Part shown: in pieces, positions 10,935 to 24,672 of the stretch
Numbering within the stretch: position 1 is the first letter of the stretch
How the letters are laid out: every line of letters begins with the position of its first letter
Origin: Octopus bimaculoides
Taxonomy: Eukaryota
DNA: 64,000 nucleotides
Direction of reading: 5' to 3'
NCBI RefSeq assembly: GCF_001194135.2
Contig: NC_068990.1
Coordinates: 16,961,634-17,025,633, forward strand
Position numbers and translations under genes: made by a program
The notes under the pieces: model-generated
What the model saw: the letters and a program-made list of their open reading frames with translations, nothing else
What the model was told of the DNA's origin: nothing
Databases searched by the model: none

Positions 10935-11262
10935 TGCCAGTGGCACGTGAAAAAACATTCGAGCGAGGTCGTTGCCAGTGCCGCTGGACTGGCTCCTATG
11001 CAGGTGGCACGTAAAAAACACCATTATGAGCATGGCCATTGCCAGTACCGCCTGACTGGCCCTCATGCTGGTGGCATGTAAAAGCACCCACTACACTCTC
11101 AGAGTGGTTGGCGTTAGGAAGGGCATCCAGCTGTAGAAACTCTGCCAGATCAGATTGGAGCCTGGTGCAGCCTTCTGGTTCGCCAGTCCTCAGTCAAATC
11201 ATCTAACCCATGCTAGCATGGAAAGCAGACGTTAAACGATGATGATGATGATGATGATGATT
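10935..11262 (+). mobile_element. SINE-like family with a (GAT)n tail and internal ~45-bp tandem units
   Basis: ccagtgccgctggactggctcct.tgcaggtggcacgtaaaa repeats, then ggcgttaggaagggcatccagctgtagaaac...catgctagcatggaaagc.gacgttaaacgatgatgat. Other copies at about 16915-17060(-), 17243-17530(+), 22942-23084(+), 27125-27322(+) and 50935-51060(-). Confidence 0.8.
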
Positions 11263-14189
11263 ATATATGTATACATACACACACACACATGAAACATGTT
11301 TTATTTATGAATATGAATATTCATAAATACTAAGTACATGTTCTCTGTCAAACTAATACTTGAAATATTACTTCTTCCCCTCGCTCTATCATCACAATTG
11401 TAGTTTTCTATATATGTATATGTGCATGCAGGTATATGTATATATGTGTCTATGTACATGTACATACTTGTACATGTGTCTGTGTGTTTGTGTGTGTGTG
11501 TGTGTGCGAGCACACGCATACATGCATGTTGTGTATGAAAGTATTTGCGTATGAAGAATGTCTGAGAGATTGCCAAATGAAGAGGCCACCACCTGTAGAC
11601 AATCAATGAGATATTCCCCAGGCTGTAATTGTTGCTCAACTTGTCCACCATAATGTAGCCTCAACATGGTTATTTGACCTGCTTGAAATAGCAGCCAAAA
11701 TTCCCGCAAATTTCACATAAAGAAAAACACGACACATTGGAAAATGTAATTTGAGGTATGTCATAAAAATAATAATTTTTGTTTTTCTTTTTCAAGTGGG
11801 ATGGTCATAGCTAGAATGCTGTTTTATCATTGGTCTGTCCTGCTAGATTGGTACAGGTTAAGGGGTAGGGCCAAGCAGGAACCATATGTGGATGTGATGA
11901 CGATAAGAACACAGGCTTTACTCTCAGACATCATATCTATCAGGCATTTATTGGTTAAAGAGACCCAGAGTTTACCACAAAAAAGTAATAAGTAAAAATA
12001 AATAAAAATGGTGTCTCGGTAATAATCTAATAATATTGGATTTTTATTTCTTTATTTCTTCCTTTCTTAACTTGTTTATTTGGTGGGTGGATGGGTGTGG
12101 GGTGCAGTGGTCGAAGGCAAGAGAGTAAACTTGCCTTAGAAATGTTATTGCAAATCCACAGCTGAAGCTAATTAACTTTGTTTTGTTGTTGTTTGGTTTC
12201 AGTTATCCAGTTCACATTCTGCCAAGGTCAGTATTGCCTTCTGCTTCCTAATTACTGCACCACCATCACCATCACAAAGAGGAGGGAGGAGGAGGGGGGA
12301 GGGGNNNNNNNNNNNNNNNNNNNNNNNNNNNNNNNNNNNNNNNNNNNNNNNNNNNNNNNNNNNNNNNNNNNNNNNNNNNNNNNNGGGAGGAGGGGAGGGG
12401 GAGGGGAGGAGGAAGCAAGAAAATAACTACTGGTCATGGCTGTGTGGTTAAGAAGTCTGTTTTAGAAACCCCTGGCTAGGAGGTTCAGTCAGTCTCACTG
12501 CATGAATGCTGTGGATTCCTGACTATACTATAGTCATGGATCAACTGATATCTTGGGAATGATATTGTTACAAAAACTATGATTCCTTGTGTGTATGTGT
12601 GTGTGTGTGTGTATGCATGTATGTGTGTATATATGTGTGTAAGTGTATACACACATATATTTCATATTTGTATGTATGTATGTATGTATGTATGTATGCC
12701 ACAACCTTCATCTATCACCTATGCTCCAAACCATGCAGATGTGCAATGGGACTGAGCTGTCATCTGAAAGGTTGTGGATGGAAAGTTAGAAATGCCAGTG
12801 AGGAAGCCCACTCCCGATTGTAAGATTGTGATTTCAGTTTTTAGACTGGATGGTGCATTGTTTCCTTGAGTAAAACACTTCATCTCATGTTACTCTGCAA
12901 TCACTTCAACACATGACATTTGGTACACCATCCACCTGTTCAGGCAACGTTAATTTGATGGAGGGAGTGAGCTTATGCACAGCATGAAGATTTGATCGCT
13001 ATAAACAATTGACTAATGCAGGTCATTCGACAAAAGCTGAACGCCTATTCATTGTCTTTGACAGGGGAGTCTGTCATATGTGTTTTTAATTGCATTTTAT
13101 GTAAATGCAGTTAAGAAAACAAAAAATGAATTAAGCACATCTTTATTATTGGTTCCAATTATTCTGGTACCACTCCATTTCTTGTGCAATTGCATGTAAA
13201 TGATTTCATGTGAAGTTCCATAATATTTGCGAAATTGTGTGAACAAGTTCAAATTTTCCTGTGTCTTTGCATGTGTTTGCTGACTGTAAACAAAGAGGCA
13301 AGGACGCTTGAGACAGTTCAGTTCTCAGTGTATATTGTAGCTTAATAAGAACACCAAAACTGATGCAAAGTCTTTGAACAAACTCAGACGTGTTTTTGGT
13401 CAATCAGAATTGACCCTGGAATAGAGAATGCAACATTCAAAGGTTTATGCATCATCATCACCAACAACCAGTATTTGTTTTACTGTCTCCTTTACATTGA
13501 GGCAGAATAAGAATAATGCATTTCACTTATGTATTTCTTATATATAGAACATGATGCAACCAAAATAATGTGAATCACCATCATAGAAGTGGAAACCCTA
13601 TTTCTAGTTTTCCATGGAAACAGTCAAGGGCAAATATAAGTTTGATTTGGTTGGTGACAGGACAGACATCTGGCTGTGGAAAATTTGCCTCAATGAATTC
13701 TGTCTGACCCATGCAGGCGTGGAAAACTGGACATCAAAATGATGGTGCGGATGAATATAAGATGGATGATCATGGCTGCGATACCATTAATTAGAGGTGA
13801 TGTTGGTCAGAGCTGAATAGGAACTAAACAACACCAGCAACATCTGATATAAGCCATGTAGTTTAGCGACAGCCACAAGCAAACTCTCCACAACTGATGG
13901 TAAATATCCACTGCCTGATAAATGGTATTTTTTGGAAATCGTTATTTTCAGAGAAACTGTAAATTTTATCAGGAACAGTTAAATAGTTATTTTATATTAG
14001 TCATTTTATTTGGGATTTGAATAGTTATCAGGGTGTGGCTTGGCTGACAACTTCACTTTTTGAGGTTCAACTTTGGTTATCAAGTTTGGGTGGTACCTTC
14101 TTTTTCCTTTTCCAGAGAAGAGAAAAAACAATTTGTTACATATTTCTTAGACTTGTACTTAAAATGAACTAACATGCATATCTGATATA

Positions 14190-14222
<33 letters not shown>

Positions 14223-14828
14223 NNNNNNNNNNNNNNNNNNNNNNNNNNNNNNNNNNNNNNNNNNNNNNNNNNNNNNNNNNNNNNNNNNNNNNNNNNNNNN
14301 NNNNNNNNNNNNNNNNNNNNNNNNNNNNNNNNNNNNNNNNNNNNNNNNNNNNNNNNNNNNNNNTATATATATTGTATGTATATAAATGCATGTGTTTGAA
14401 TAATATGATATGCATGTATCTGTGTGTGTAAAATATCATATATATATATTTATGCATGTGTGTGTGTGTGTGTGTGTGTGCATATGTGTGTGTGTGTATG
14501 CATAATATATGATGTGTGTGTGTGTGTGTGTGTGTGTGGCATGCTAATGGTTCTGCCAGTTCATTACCCTATGATGGAACAAGATATTACAATAGATTTA
14601 GGTTCAAAAGATCAGAGTTCTTTAATCTTCCCTCATAAAATATAGGAGATCCGCATGGAACAAATGTCAAAGAATTCAAGCAAAACCTGGAATATTCTGG
14701 TGTGTAAGATCTTAGATGACCATACTTTACTACAAGACACACTCCATTATTTATCAAATGTGGAAATCTGAATATGTATTGTGATCGATAAGTATCCGAA
14801 CTGTTACCATAGTAACAAAGCTAAAGTA

Positions 14829-15613
14829 CACAGAGTGAAGCTGCTTGGCACAAATTGACCTTGAACTCTGCTGTGGATGCACACTAAGTTTTGACATTCA
14901 GCTCCCTTCTACTGTTTACAGCAGTGCTTGGAAGGAAGATGTGTAGAGTGTGATTGTTGCATTGACCATGACAGATAAAGTTGAGCAGAGAATCTGCATC
15001 AAATTTTACGAAAAGCTTGGCAATACCTGCTCAGATGCCTACACAAAGTTTTCAAACAGTTTTCATCGTTCTCAACACAATCAAGGAGATCTTGTGCAAC
15101 TGAAACCCAAGGGTCTTTTGGGTCAGCTGAAAGCAGTTTTGGCACAAACTTGACAGACATGCATCTCATACCCAAATCTTCAGTGATAATGGACTGAACT
15201 GAACCGTAACTAATCTGCACATATTCTGATAACTCACGGATGGTGATTTGGTGATTTGGTGATTTGCTGCCTGCATATCTGTGATGTTTTTCTCAGTTCT
15301 GCTGGTTGCGGGTCTCCTAGAATGTTCGTCAATATCAACATTTTCTCGGCCATCTTGGAAATGTCTGAACCACTCATACATTTGTGTGCAGCTCATACAT
15401 GCCTCTCCATACACTTTCTGCAACTTAGCGTAGGCCTCTGAGTAGATATCACCATGACAACTTTCTCTGTCATGGTCAATGAGCCGATTACACGCTACAT
15501 ACCTTCCTTCCAAGCACTGCTGTAAATAGCAGAAGTGAGCTAGAATGCTAAAACTTAGTGCACATGCACAGTAGAATCCAAGGTCAATTTTTGCCAAGTG
15601 GCTTCACTCTGTG
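14829..15613. mobile_element. Mariner (Tc1/mariner) derivative made of two inverted left ends
   Basis: Plus arm: cacagagtgaag... then MTDKVEQRICIKFYEKLG. Minus arm: the same leader, then EAYAKLQKVYGEACMS.TQMYEWFRHFQDGRENVDIDEHSRRPATSRTE and SVQSIITEDLGMR..SVKFVPKLLS (mariner HTH domains and the VP(K/H).L linker). No catalytic domain. TA at 14827-14828. Confidence 0.85.
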
Positions 15614-16858
15614 TGCTTTAGCTTCATTATTATGACAATAGTCCAGATACTTATTCATCAGACCTCATATGGCTGCAGGAGCACTCATTTCTTCTACATC
15701 AACATCACATATGCACATAACACACACACACACACACACACACACAATGTCATACCCATGAAAGTCACATATGCATTTCAACACACACACATTCACACAT
15801 ATTTATAATTCTCAATGCAATCTTTGTTGTGCTCTTTCTCCACACCATTATCATCATTTTCTTAACATCCACTTTTCCATGCTTGCATGGGTTAGATGCA
15901 ATTCAGTAAAGCAGATTTTTTTTCATAGCTGGTTGCTCTTTCTGTTGCCAACCCTTATCTGTTTCCAAGAAAAGCGCTTTCTCCATGGTGAAACATGCTT
16001 TCACAGAAGACTGGAAACAAACGACACGGCTTGTATGATGGGGATATTTATTTACAACTATCACATGATGTTAAGACAAGAACACACACACGCACGTGTG
16101 CACATACACACACACACACAAAGTGAAGGTTGGTGACAGGAAGAGTATCCAGCGATAGAAAATATATCTCAGTAAATTCCAGCTGACCCATGTGGGCAAT
16201 GATGATGATGATGATGGTAATAGTATATTACAAAACATGACATCTCACTCATTATGGGCTTGAAAAGTAGACATAGATAGTCAAGAATATGACCTAGAAA
16301 TAGATTACAGAGTTAAATTTCTTATTGCACACATTTTATTGGGTATAGTTTCATATTTTCTCACCACTCTCTCCAGAACCAATACACTTGACTCAAGTGC
16401 TCTTTGATGAACAAATCTCTAATTTCAAAGTATCTTCATCTGCATGTGTTTGTAAGGTATTTGTGTGTGTCTGTGTGTATAAGTGCAATGTCAGAGACAC
16501 AAAGCTCACTCACACATACATATATAAACAACCAACATCACACACACACACAGGCTTGCGTGTACGCACATACCCACACATACCTTCTTCTCTTACACTC
16601 TCCTGTCTTAGAAAGAACTTTTTCTTCTCCTATTCCCTTCCAATCATTTCAAAATGAAATCAAATGTGGATCGTTGGCAATTTTTTTTCGTCCATCTTCC
16701 TTTTCTCTTGGACTTTCCTCCGTCTCCTGTTTCTGAAGAAGAGCTCTGCTTGAAACGTAAAATTACTTTTCTTAACCTCACTGAGCGTCTGCTAATACTT
16801 TGCATTTACCATGTCCTTGTGTTGTTGTTTTTTTCTTGTTGTGCTTGTTCTTTTTTTG

Positions 16859-16912
<54 letters not shown>

Positions 16913-17242
16913 CATCATCATTTAATGTCTGTGTTCCACGCTAGAATGGGTGGGATGGTACCACAAGAGCCAGCCAAGTCGAAGCCTGCACCTGAACCCT
17001 GTGGCTGTTTTGGCAGGATTTTTACAGCTGGATGCCCTTCCTAAAACCAACCACTCAGTAGATTGGACTTAATGCTTTTTGTATGGCACAAGCAAAGGTG
17101 TGGCACAAGTACAAGCACATGACACTATAACTGTATGCAGGGGTGTGTATACGTATAACCAGTTAAGTATTCCACCCGGGAGGGATTGATGGTGGATATG
17201 TTGAAACAATTGTATCAACACATTCTCGTATCTTCCATCTTC

Positions 17243-17495
17243 CAGTGCCGCTGGACTGGCTCCTGTGCAGATGGCACATAAAATACACCATTTCAAGCGT
17301 GGCCGTTGCCAGTATCGCCTGACTGGCCCTCATGCCGGTGGCACGTAAAAGTACTCACTACACTCTCGGAGTGGTTGGCGTTAGGAAGGGAATCCAGCTG
17401 TAGAAACTTTGCCAGATCAGATTGGAGCCTGGTGTAGCCACCAGTCATCAGTCAAATCGTTCAACTCATGCTAGCATGGAAAGCGGACGTTAACC

Positions 17496-17530
<35 letters not shown>
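17243..17530 (+). mobile_element. (GAT)n-tailed SINE-like copy
   Basis: Close match to 10975-11262. Confidence 0.8.
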
Positions 17531-17552
17531 CTGAAACAAGTAAAGAATAAAA

Positions 17553-17610
<58 letters not shown>

Positions 17611-18180
17611 GTGTGTATGCATGTGTAGGTATGTATATATATCATCATCATCATCATCTATATATATATATATATGTCAGTGTGCGTACATATGTGTGTG
17701 CATTACTTTAGCACTCTCCAGCTCAAAAGAAGAAGGAACAACAAAAAAGAAAAACAACAAAAGTAAAACCCATAAAAAACAAAGACTAAAGGAATTACTC
17801 GGTTAATTAGAAAAGCATAAGGCCGGAGACAAGAAGCAAATTTTCAGCTAACCATGACGATTTAGGGCTGGCAATTACCTACATTTTGATTGTGCGGCAT
17901 TACATACTGGAGGATACCAACAGATGTTCAGGCTGTTATCAGTCAATAGATGAATCACATGAAGTTTGTGTCAGGTACACAGTCTCTTTTTTTATTATTG
18001 TACAAAAACAAAATATTATATCGTTTGTCTTTATATTTACCTGTATATAAACACACACACAGACATAGAGATACATGTACACACATAAATACTTACATAT
18101 ACATACATATGTAGACATACATATATACACATACATATACACACATACATATACATACAAATATATATATATATATATAT

Positions 18181-18219
<39 letters not shown>

Positions 18220-18859
18220 ATCGTGTGTTTCAAAAGATTAATTGAAAGCATTCACACACACTAGTAAAAAACATCTTTCAAAAAGTTAGTAATATACTGG
18301 TAAAAGATTTTATAACTTTTTTTTCAAATAATTGTCAAAAGACCCATTATACTCAAAAGCTCTATTCAGTTATTTTCAGAAAGATTTTCATAATATNNNN
18401 NNNNNNNNNNNNNNNNNNNNNNNNNNNNNNNNNNNNNNNNNNNNNNNNNNNNNNNNNNNNNNNNNNNNNNNNNNNNNNNNNNNNNNNNNNNNNNNNNNNN
18501 NNNNNNNNNNNNNNNNNNNNNNNNNNNNNNNNNNNNNNNNNNNNNNNNNNNNNNNNNNNNNNNNNNNNNNNNNNNNNNNNNNNNNNNNNNNNNNNNNNNN
18601 NNNNNNNNNNNNNNNNNNNNNNNNNNNNNNNNNNNNNNNNNNNNNNNNNNNNNNNNNNNNNNNNNNNNNNNNNNNNNNNNNNNNNNNNNNNNNNNNNNNN
18701 NNNNNNNNNNNNNNNNNNNNNNNNNNNNNNNNNNNNNNNNNNNNNNNNNNNNNNNNNNNNNNNNNNNNNNNNATATATATATATATATATATACACACAC
18801 ACTTTGTTACTTTGTTAGGTTTAGGCCAGTAGTGGCCCAGGACATGTCTAACTTAATAG

Positions 18860-19490
18860 CACTACTTGGCAAAGTATTTCAAATCAGGAATCAGACAACA
18901 TGGCCCACTCGAGGAGAGAGTTTTTGTTTGCGGAGATATATCTGGGTGTTGAAGGTTTATCTGAGATTTTTTGAAGGAATTTGTCCAAAGACTTCTTGGA
19001 CTTTATGGGATCTGTTCCTGCTTTAATGTGTTTTGGTGTAATGCTAAAGAGAGCAAGACCAATAGAGGTGAAATAATTGTGCCGTATTGTTGTTATGTAA
19101 TGTGATTATGATTTTCATTGGGCATGGATAGCACAGGGTCCAAGTCTTGGGTGTATCTTAAAGGTGATGTCAACATCATTTGGGCAATGCTGATGGAATA
19201 TTTTCAACATCATGCAGATGATGTAGTGCTGATGGTGGCATTGGAAAGAATAAAGCTTGAACTTTTCTAGCCAACTCCAATAGTCAAGGCTTGTCATGTT
19301 ATCTATCTTCTTTGTAATTGACCTTTGAGGTGCTTCAATTTTCATGATACTTTGTTTCATGTGGGGAGACCACAGTGGACAACAGTATTCAAGGTGGGGT
19401 CGGGCAAAAGTAGAGAAAGAGAAGAAGAATGGTGAGGATATCTCTCGACTGTAAAGTTCTGAGAATCCAGGAACACATTCTGTGGGCCAT
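18860..19490 (-). mobile_element. CR1-clade LINE 3' fragment (decayed), cut by a gap
   Basis: Translation FARPHLEYCCPLWSPHMKQSIMKIEAPQRSITKKIDNMTSLDYWSWLEKFKLYS matches the conserved CR1 post-RT motif RPHLEYC...WSP...LE.VQR..TK. Confidence 0.8.
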
Positions 19491-21559
19491 NNNNNNNNNN
19501 NNNNNNNNNNNNNNNNNNNNNNNNNNNNNNNNNNNNNNNNNNNNNNNNNNNNNNNNNNNNNNNNNNNNNNNNNNNNNNNNNNNNNNNNNNNNNNNNNNNN
19601 NNNNNNNNNNNNNNNNNNNNNNNNNNNNNNNNNNNNNNNNNNNNNNNNNNNNNNNNNNNNNNNNNNNNNNNNNNNNNNNNNNNNNNNNNNNNNNNNNNNN
19701 NNNNNNNNNNNNNNNNNNNNNNNNNNNNNNNNNNNNNNNNNNNNNNNNNNNNNNNNNNNNNNNNNNNNNNNNNNNNNNNNNNNNNNNNNNNNNNNNNNNN
19801 NNNNNNNNNNNNNNNNNNNNNNNNNNNNNNNNNNNNNNNNNNNNNNNNNNNNNNNNNNNNNNNNNNNNNNNNNNNNNNNNNNNNNNNNNNNNNNNNNNNN
19901 NNNNNNNNNNNNNNNNNNNNNNNNNNNNNNNNNNNNNNNNNNNNNNNNNNNNNNNNNNNNNNNNNNNNNNNNNNNNNNNNNNNNNNNNNNNNNNNNNNNN
20001 NNNNNNACACACACACACACAAATATGGAGGCACGTGGCTTAATGGTTCAGGTGTTTAACTCAGGATTGTAAGATTGTAGTTTCAACTCCTGAACCGGGC
20101 AATGTGTTGTGTTCTTGAGCAAAGCACTTCATTTCACATAGTTCCAGGCCACTCAGCTGGCAAAAATGATTAATTATGTGGTGGGCCAGCATCCTGTCCA
20201 GGTGAGCAATATATACACCATGGAACTGGAAAACCAGCCCTAATGAGTCAGTATGACTCAAGAAGGTAACTTTACTTTATACATATACACAAATATATAT
20301 ATATATATATCTATATATCTATACTTACATACACATATACATATATATATTTTTTAATGGCACTCTGTTGGTTACAATGATGAGGTGCATTGTGCTGTAT
20401 TGAGAGGGGAGAAAACTCAAGCAATGACATGATTTGCCTTCAGTGTGCTAAAGGTTAAGTACATAAATGTTAGTATATTTTAGGCAGTCAGTATATTAAC
20501 TCATTATATATATATATATTCTCTACCCTATCAACCAAAATCTACAAATCTAAAACATTATAAATATACTTCAAGTCTGAAAAAGTTTAAGGTTTACACA
20601 AATATTAATTGAAGAGTAAACTTATAGAACAGCAAGGATTCATCAAACTTTAGATGGAAAGGTCAGAAATCTGTTCGTGAATCTAACAGAATCTACAGTG
20701 ATGTAAAACATACATCAGCACTTGCACACGTGCACACAACCAGATTAGAGATATGTGCAGAAGCATGACACCTTTCAAACCAAACCATTACACAAATACA
20801 AAAAGGGAGTTAATGATATACAAACAATTAATCTAGGTATACACGTTCATACACACAACACACACATACATTCCTCACTCCCACCCCGTCTCTCTTTCTC
20901 TTTCTTTAAGCACACATAGTCTCACACATGCAAATAAATGCATAAGTACTCAGCAACTGCACACAGTGAGAATTAGATGGGGACACACACACACACACAC
21001 ACAAACATTCACAAAAACATAACATTCAACTTCTTGGAAAATTTTCAGGTGATCTTTAGTTTTAGGTACAAATTCCTGTGATATGCTTCTGTAATAATGA
21101 AACCTAAAAGAAAGACCAAAGTGCATTTTTGTACTCTGAGAAAGAACAAAGTGTATTTTTGTACTTCGGGAAAGAAGAAAGTGTGTATTTTTGTACTTTG
21201 TTAATGAGATCAAAACAAATTGTCTTGGTCTCAATCCCATGAAAATACTTACCTAAAGCCATAAATTGCTGCTACAAATTATTAGAAAGTAGCTTGAAAG
21301 CCACCATATTGGGCAGCTTTTAAGCTAGCTTCTGTGGAGGGCTCTTCATTGGGCCTTAATCCCAATAATGACACTTCATGCATTGAGTACATATCAAATT
21401 TTATTAAACTTAACCAATATTTGTCAAACAATGAAAAATTTTCATCAAAACAATGATATAATTTGTCTATTTGGAACTTATTGCAAAGCTGCATGATAAA
21501 CAATTTTTTGTCTTACCTTTTGGGGGTCAGTACAATTTTTTTTCTGTCTAACCTCTTTC

Positions 21560-21600
<41 letters not shown>

Positions 21601-23090
21601 TGATTGTTTTCAACCATCACCATCATCATTACCACCATCATCACCACAACTGCCATACACACACCATTCAGACTTCTCACACATCACCATCAACACCTTT
21701 GACTTCGCCATCCTCCTCTCCACCAGCATCACCACTGTCTTTCATATTCCTTACTATCACCATCATGCTTGACGGCCTCAGCTACTACCACCACCACCAC
21801 CACCACCACCACCACCATCACCATTGCCTCTGCCTCTATCACAACTATAGCTTATACTATTACTATCATGCCATGACCATCTCANNNNNNNNNNNNNNNN
21901 NNNNNNNNNNNNNNNNNNNNNNNNNNNNNNNNNNNNNNNNNNNNNNNNNNNNNNNNNNNNNNNNNNNNNNNNNNNNNNNNNNNNNNNNNNNNNNNNNNNN
22001 NNNNNNNNNNNNNNNNNNNNNNNNNNNNNNNNNNNNNNNNNNNNNNNNNNNNNNNNNNNNNNNNNNNNNNNNNNNNNNNNNNNNNNNNNNNNNNNNNNNN
22101 NNNNNNNNNNNNNNNNNNNNNNNNNNNNNNNNNNNNNNNNNNNNNNNNNNNNNNNNNNNNNNNNNNNNNNNNNNNNNNNNNNNNNNNNNNNNNNNNNNNN
22201 NNNNNNNNNNNNNNNNNNNNNNNNNNNNNNNNNNNNNNNNNNNNNNNNNNNNNNNNNNNNNNNNNNNNNTATATATATATATATATATATATATATTCTT
22301 TTATGTTTCAGTCATTTCGACTGTGGCCTTGCTGGAGCACCACCTTTTTAAATATATATATACATTTGTTTTCCATGTGAAGTTATATACAAAAACAATT
22401 TTAATATTAAACCAAAGAATTACTCAAAACATTTTAGTAGAGTACATATTTTTACAAGGTAACCTTTCCTTCATAAATGTGAAGGGGTGGGGGCAGACAG
22501 GCAGATAGATCAGAAACTTCTGACATCCTCTGTGATCAAGTCAGTGAAATCTGAAGTTAGAGGTTCTTAATTTTCCAAGAAATATTTTTCTTTGATTTTT
22601 TTTAAAGTTATCTTCTAATGATTAATGTATTAAACATCTGCTTTAGTGAAAGGATAGACCAAAGTCTTAGTAGTTTTTGAAACCATCTGAAACAGCATCT
22701 GGAATTGATCTTTGTTCCCTTGTCTTCCTCATTTTATCCATCATTCACGGGCATCAAACATAGATATAATCACTCTAACACGGTTACATGCCAAAAATGC
22801 ACATATATATTCTTCACACACACTCATATACATATTTGATATTTGCATGTATGTGTTTATGTTTATTTATATATGCATATGTGTAATGTGTGTGTGTATG
22901 CATATATATATATACATATATATATATATAAAATTATGTGTAGGAAGGGCATCCAGCTGTAGAAACTCTGCCAAATTAGATTGGAGCCTAGTGTTGCCAT
23001 CCGGTTTCACCAGTCCTCAGTCAAATCGTCCAACCCATGCTAGCATGGAAGGCGGACGTTAAACGATGATGATGATGATGATGATATGTG

Positions 23091-23144
<54 letters not shown>

Positions 23145-23742
23145 CATACACATATATATATAAATATAACTATATGTGTATGTGTATATATGTGTGTGTG
23201 GATATATTTATGAATATGTGCATATATGTGAATATGTGTGCGTTGTGTGTATATATCTGTTTATATACGTATGTATATATATCTGTGTGTGTGTGTGTCT
23301 GTATACATACACATAAAGTGCGCTATGTGTTGCTTGCTACACCTTATGCTCACAATTAATGCTCGTGAGGTTTTTTCCTTCAAACCAGTCCCCATTTCAC
23401 CATTTTCGGCACCAATCAGGCTTCTGGTTACCTTCATTTCAATAATCAGACATGAACCGCTGGTGTTTTGGTGTTTACTCAAACAGATGGGATATATTTT
23501 TCTAAAAAATAGAAATGTTTATTTGGGAGTAAAGGAAATATGTAGAGTTACTTAAGAGGGCCACAGAGGGATGGCGGTTATCATCTTGCAGAATAAGAAG
23601 AAAATAAATTATCTCAGTGTGATATTCTAGCATTAAAGTTTGGAAAGGATCAAGTTTCAAGACAGTAATTTAATAATGATTCTATTGGGTGAATGAATTT
23701 TCATGAAAGTGTATCAAAGCTCACCTGCAGAACTGACTGACA

Positions 23743-23796
<54 letters not shown>

Positions 23797-24025
23797 ATAC
23801 ACCACATTGTTGCTTGATTTACTAGCAATAGCAACCAAATTTTCTTCAAATCACACATACACACAATACCAACTTGAAGAAATTAATGCATTGGATAAGT
23901 TTGGGATCAGGATAAACATTGACTGAGAAAAGATGATGATTGTTAATTGGATGTCTTTAGTTATTATGGATCTTGCTTGAACTAGGCTGAGCTGAGACTA
24001 AACAATAACAACAACCACCACCACC

Positions 24026-24038
24026 AATAATAATAATA

Positions 24039-24094
<56 letters not shown>

Positions 24095-24103
24095 TAATAA
24101 TAA
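24026..24103. repeat. (TAA)n microsatellite; others at 2872-2930, 3648-3701, 10159-10194 and 24673-24746
   Basis: Read directly. Confidence 0.95.
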
Positions 24104-24672
24104 ATGCCTGGATGCAGTACCAGGCAGTGGCTCTCATAGCTCCTGATCTTAATTGATTGGAAGTGTTATCATGTACATTGTCTTGTCTTGGTATAAAAGA
24201 TGGGCTACAGCAAATATTCTGCTTAATACCACAGATTTGCTTGTCAGTTGTTTGACCTTAACCAGAGCATGTCCCTTAGTCGCTGACGATATGTGCATCT
24301 CTGATCATGAGTAGAAGTAGTGGGGGAGCATCATAGCCATGTGTTGAAAAGAATTCTTTGGGGCTTGAATAATTCACCTTTGGAAACATGGGTGTTTTGT
24401 TCATCATCCTTAAACAAACCTTATTTAGGGACCTTTTAAGTGGGATGGGCTTCTCAACCTCAAAAAAATTCTAACTGGGTCCCACCTGCAAGGTCATTGA
24501 TTGTTTATCTTGATATGAAATCACCATGTTGTACACATGTGGTTGTGATGCATGTGGTTGTGATGCATGTGCCTGATGTACCCTTATCAGATGGGTAGTC
24601 ATGATGGGTATAATGGGCTTTGTATATTTGTACCTCAGTGTCACTTTGATGGCATGCACTGCTCTCTCATTC
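24104..24672 (+). mobile_element. ~570-bp non-coding interspersed element embedded in (TAA)n
   Basis: A complex non-coding block begins immediately after one long (TAA)n and ends (ctctctcattc) immediately before another. It has no ORF. It contains a short tandem duplication, catgtggttgtgatg x2. Confidence 0.55.

Noticed and set aside
10935-11100. Repeated ~45-bp units as a CRISPR-like array
   Set aside because: They are internal tandem units of a dispersed SINE-like family in a eukaryotic genome, with no unique spacers and no cas genes.
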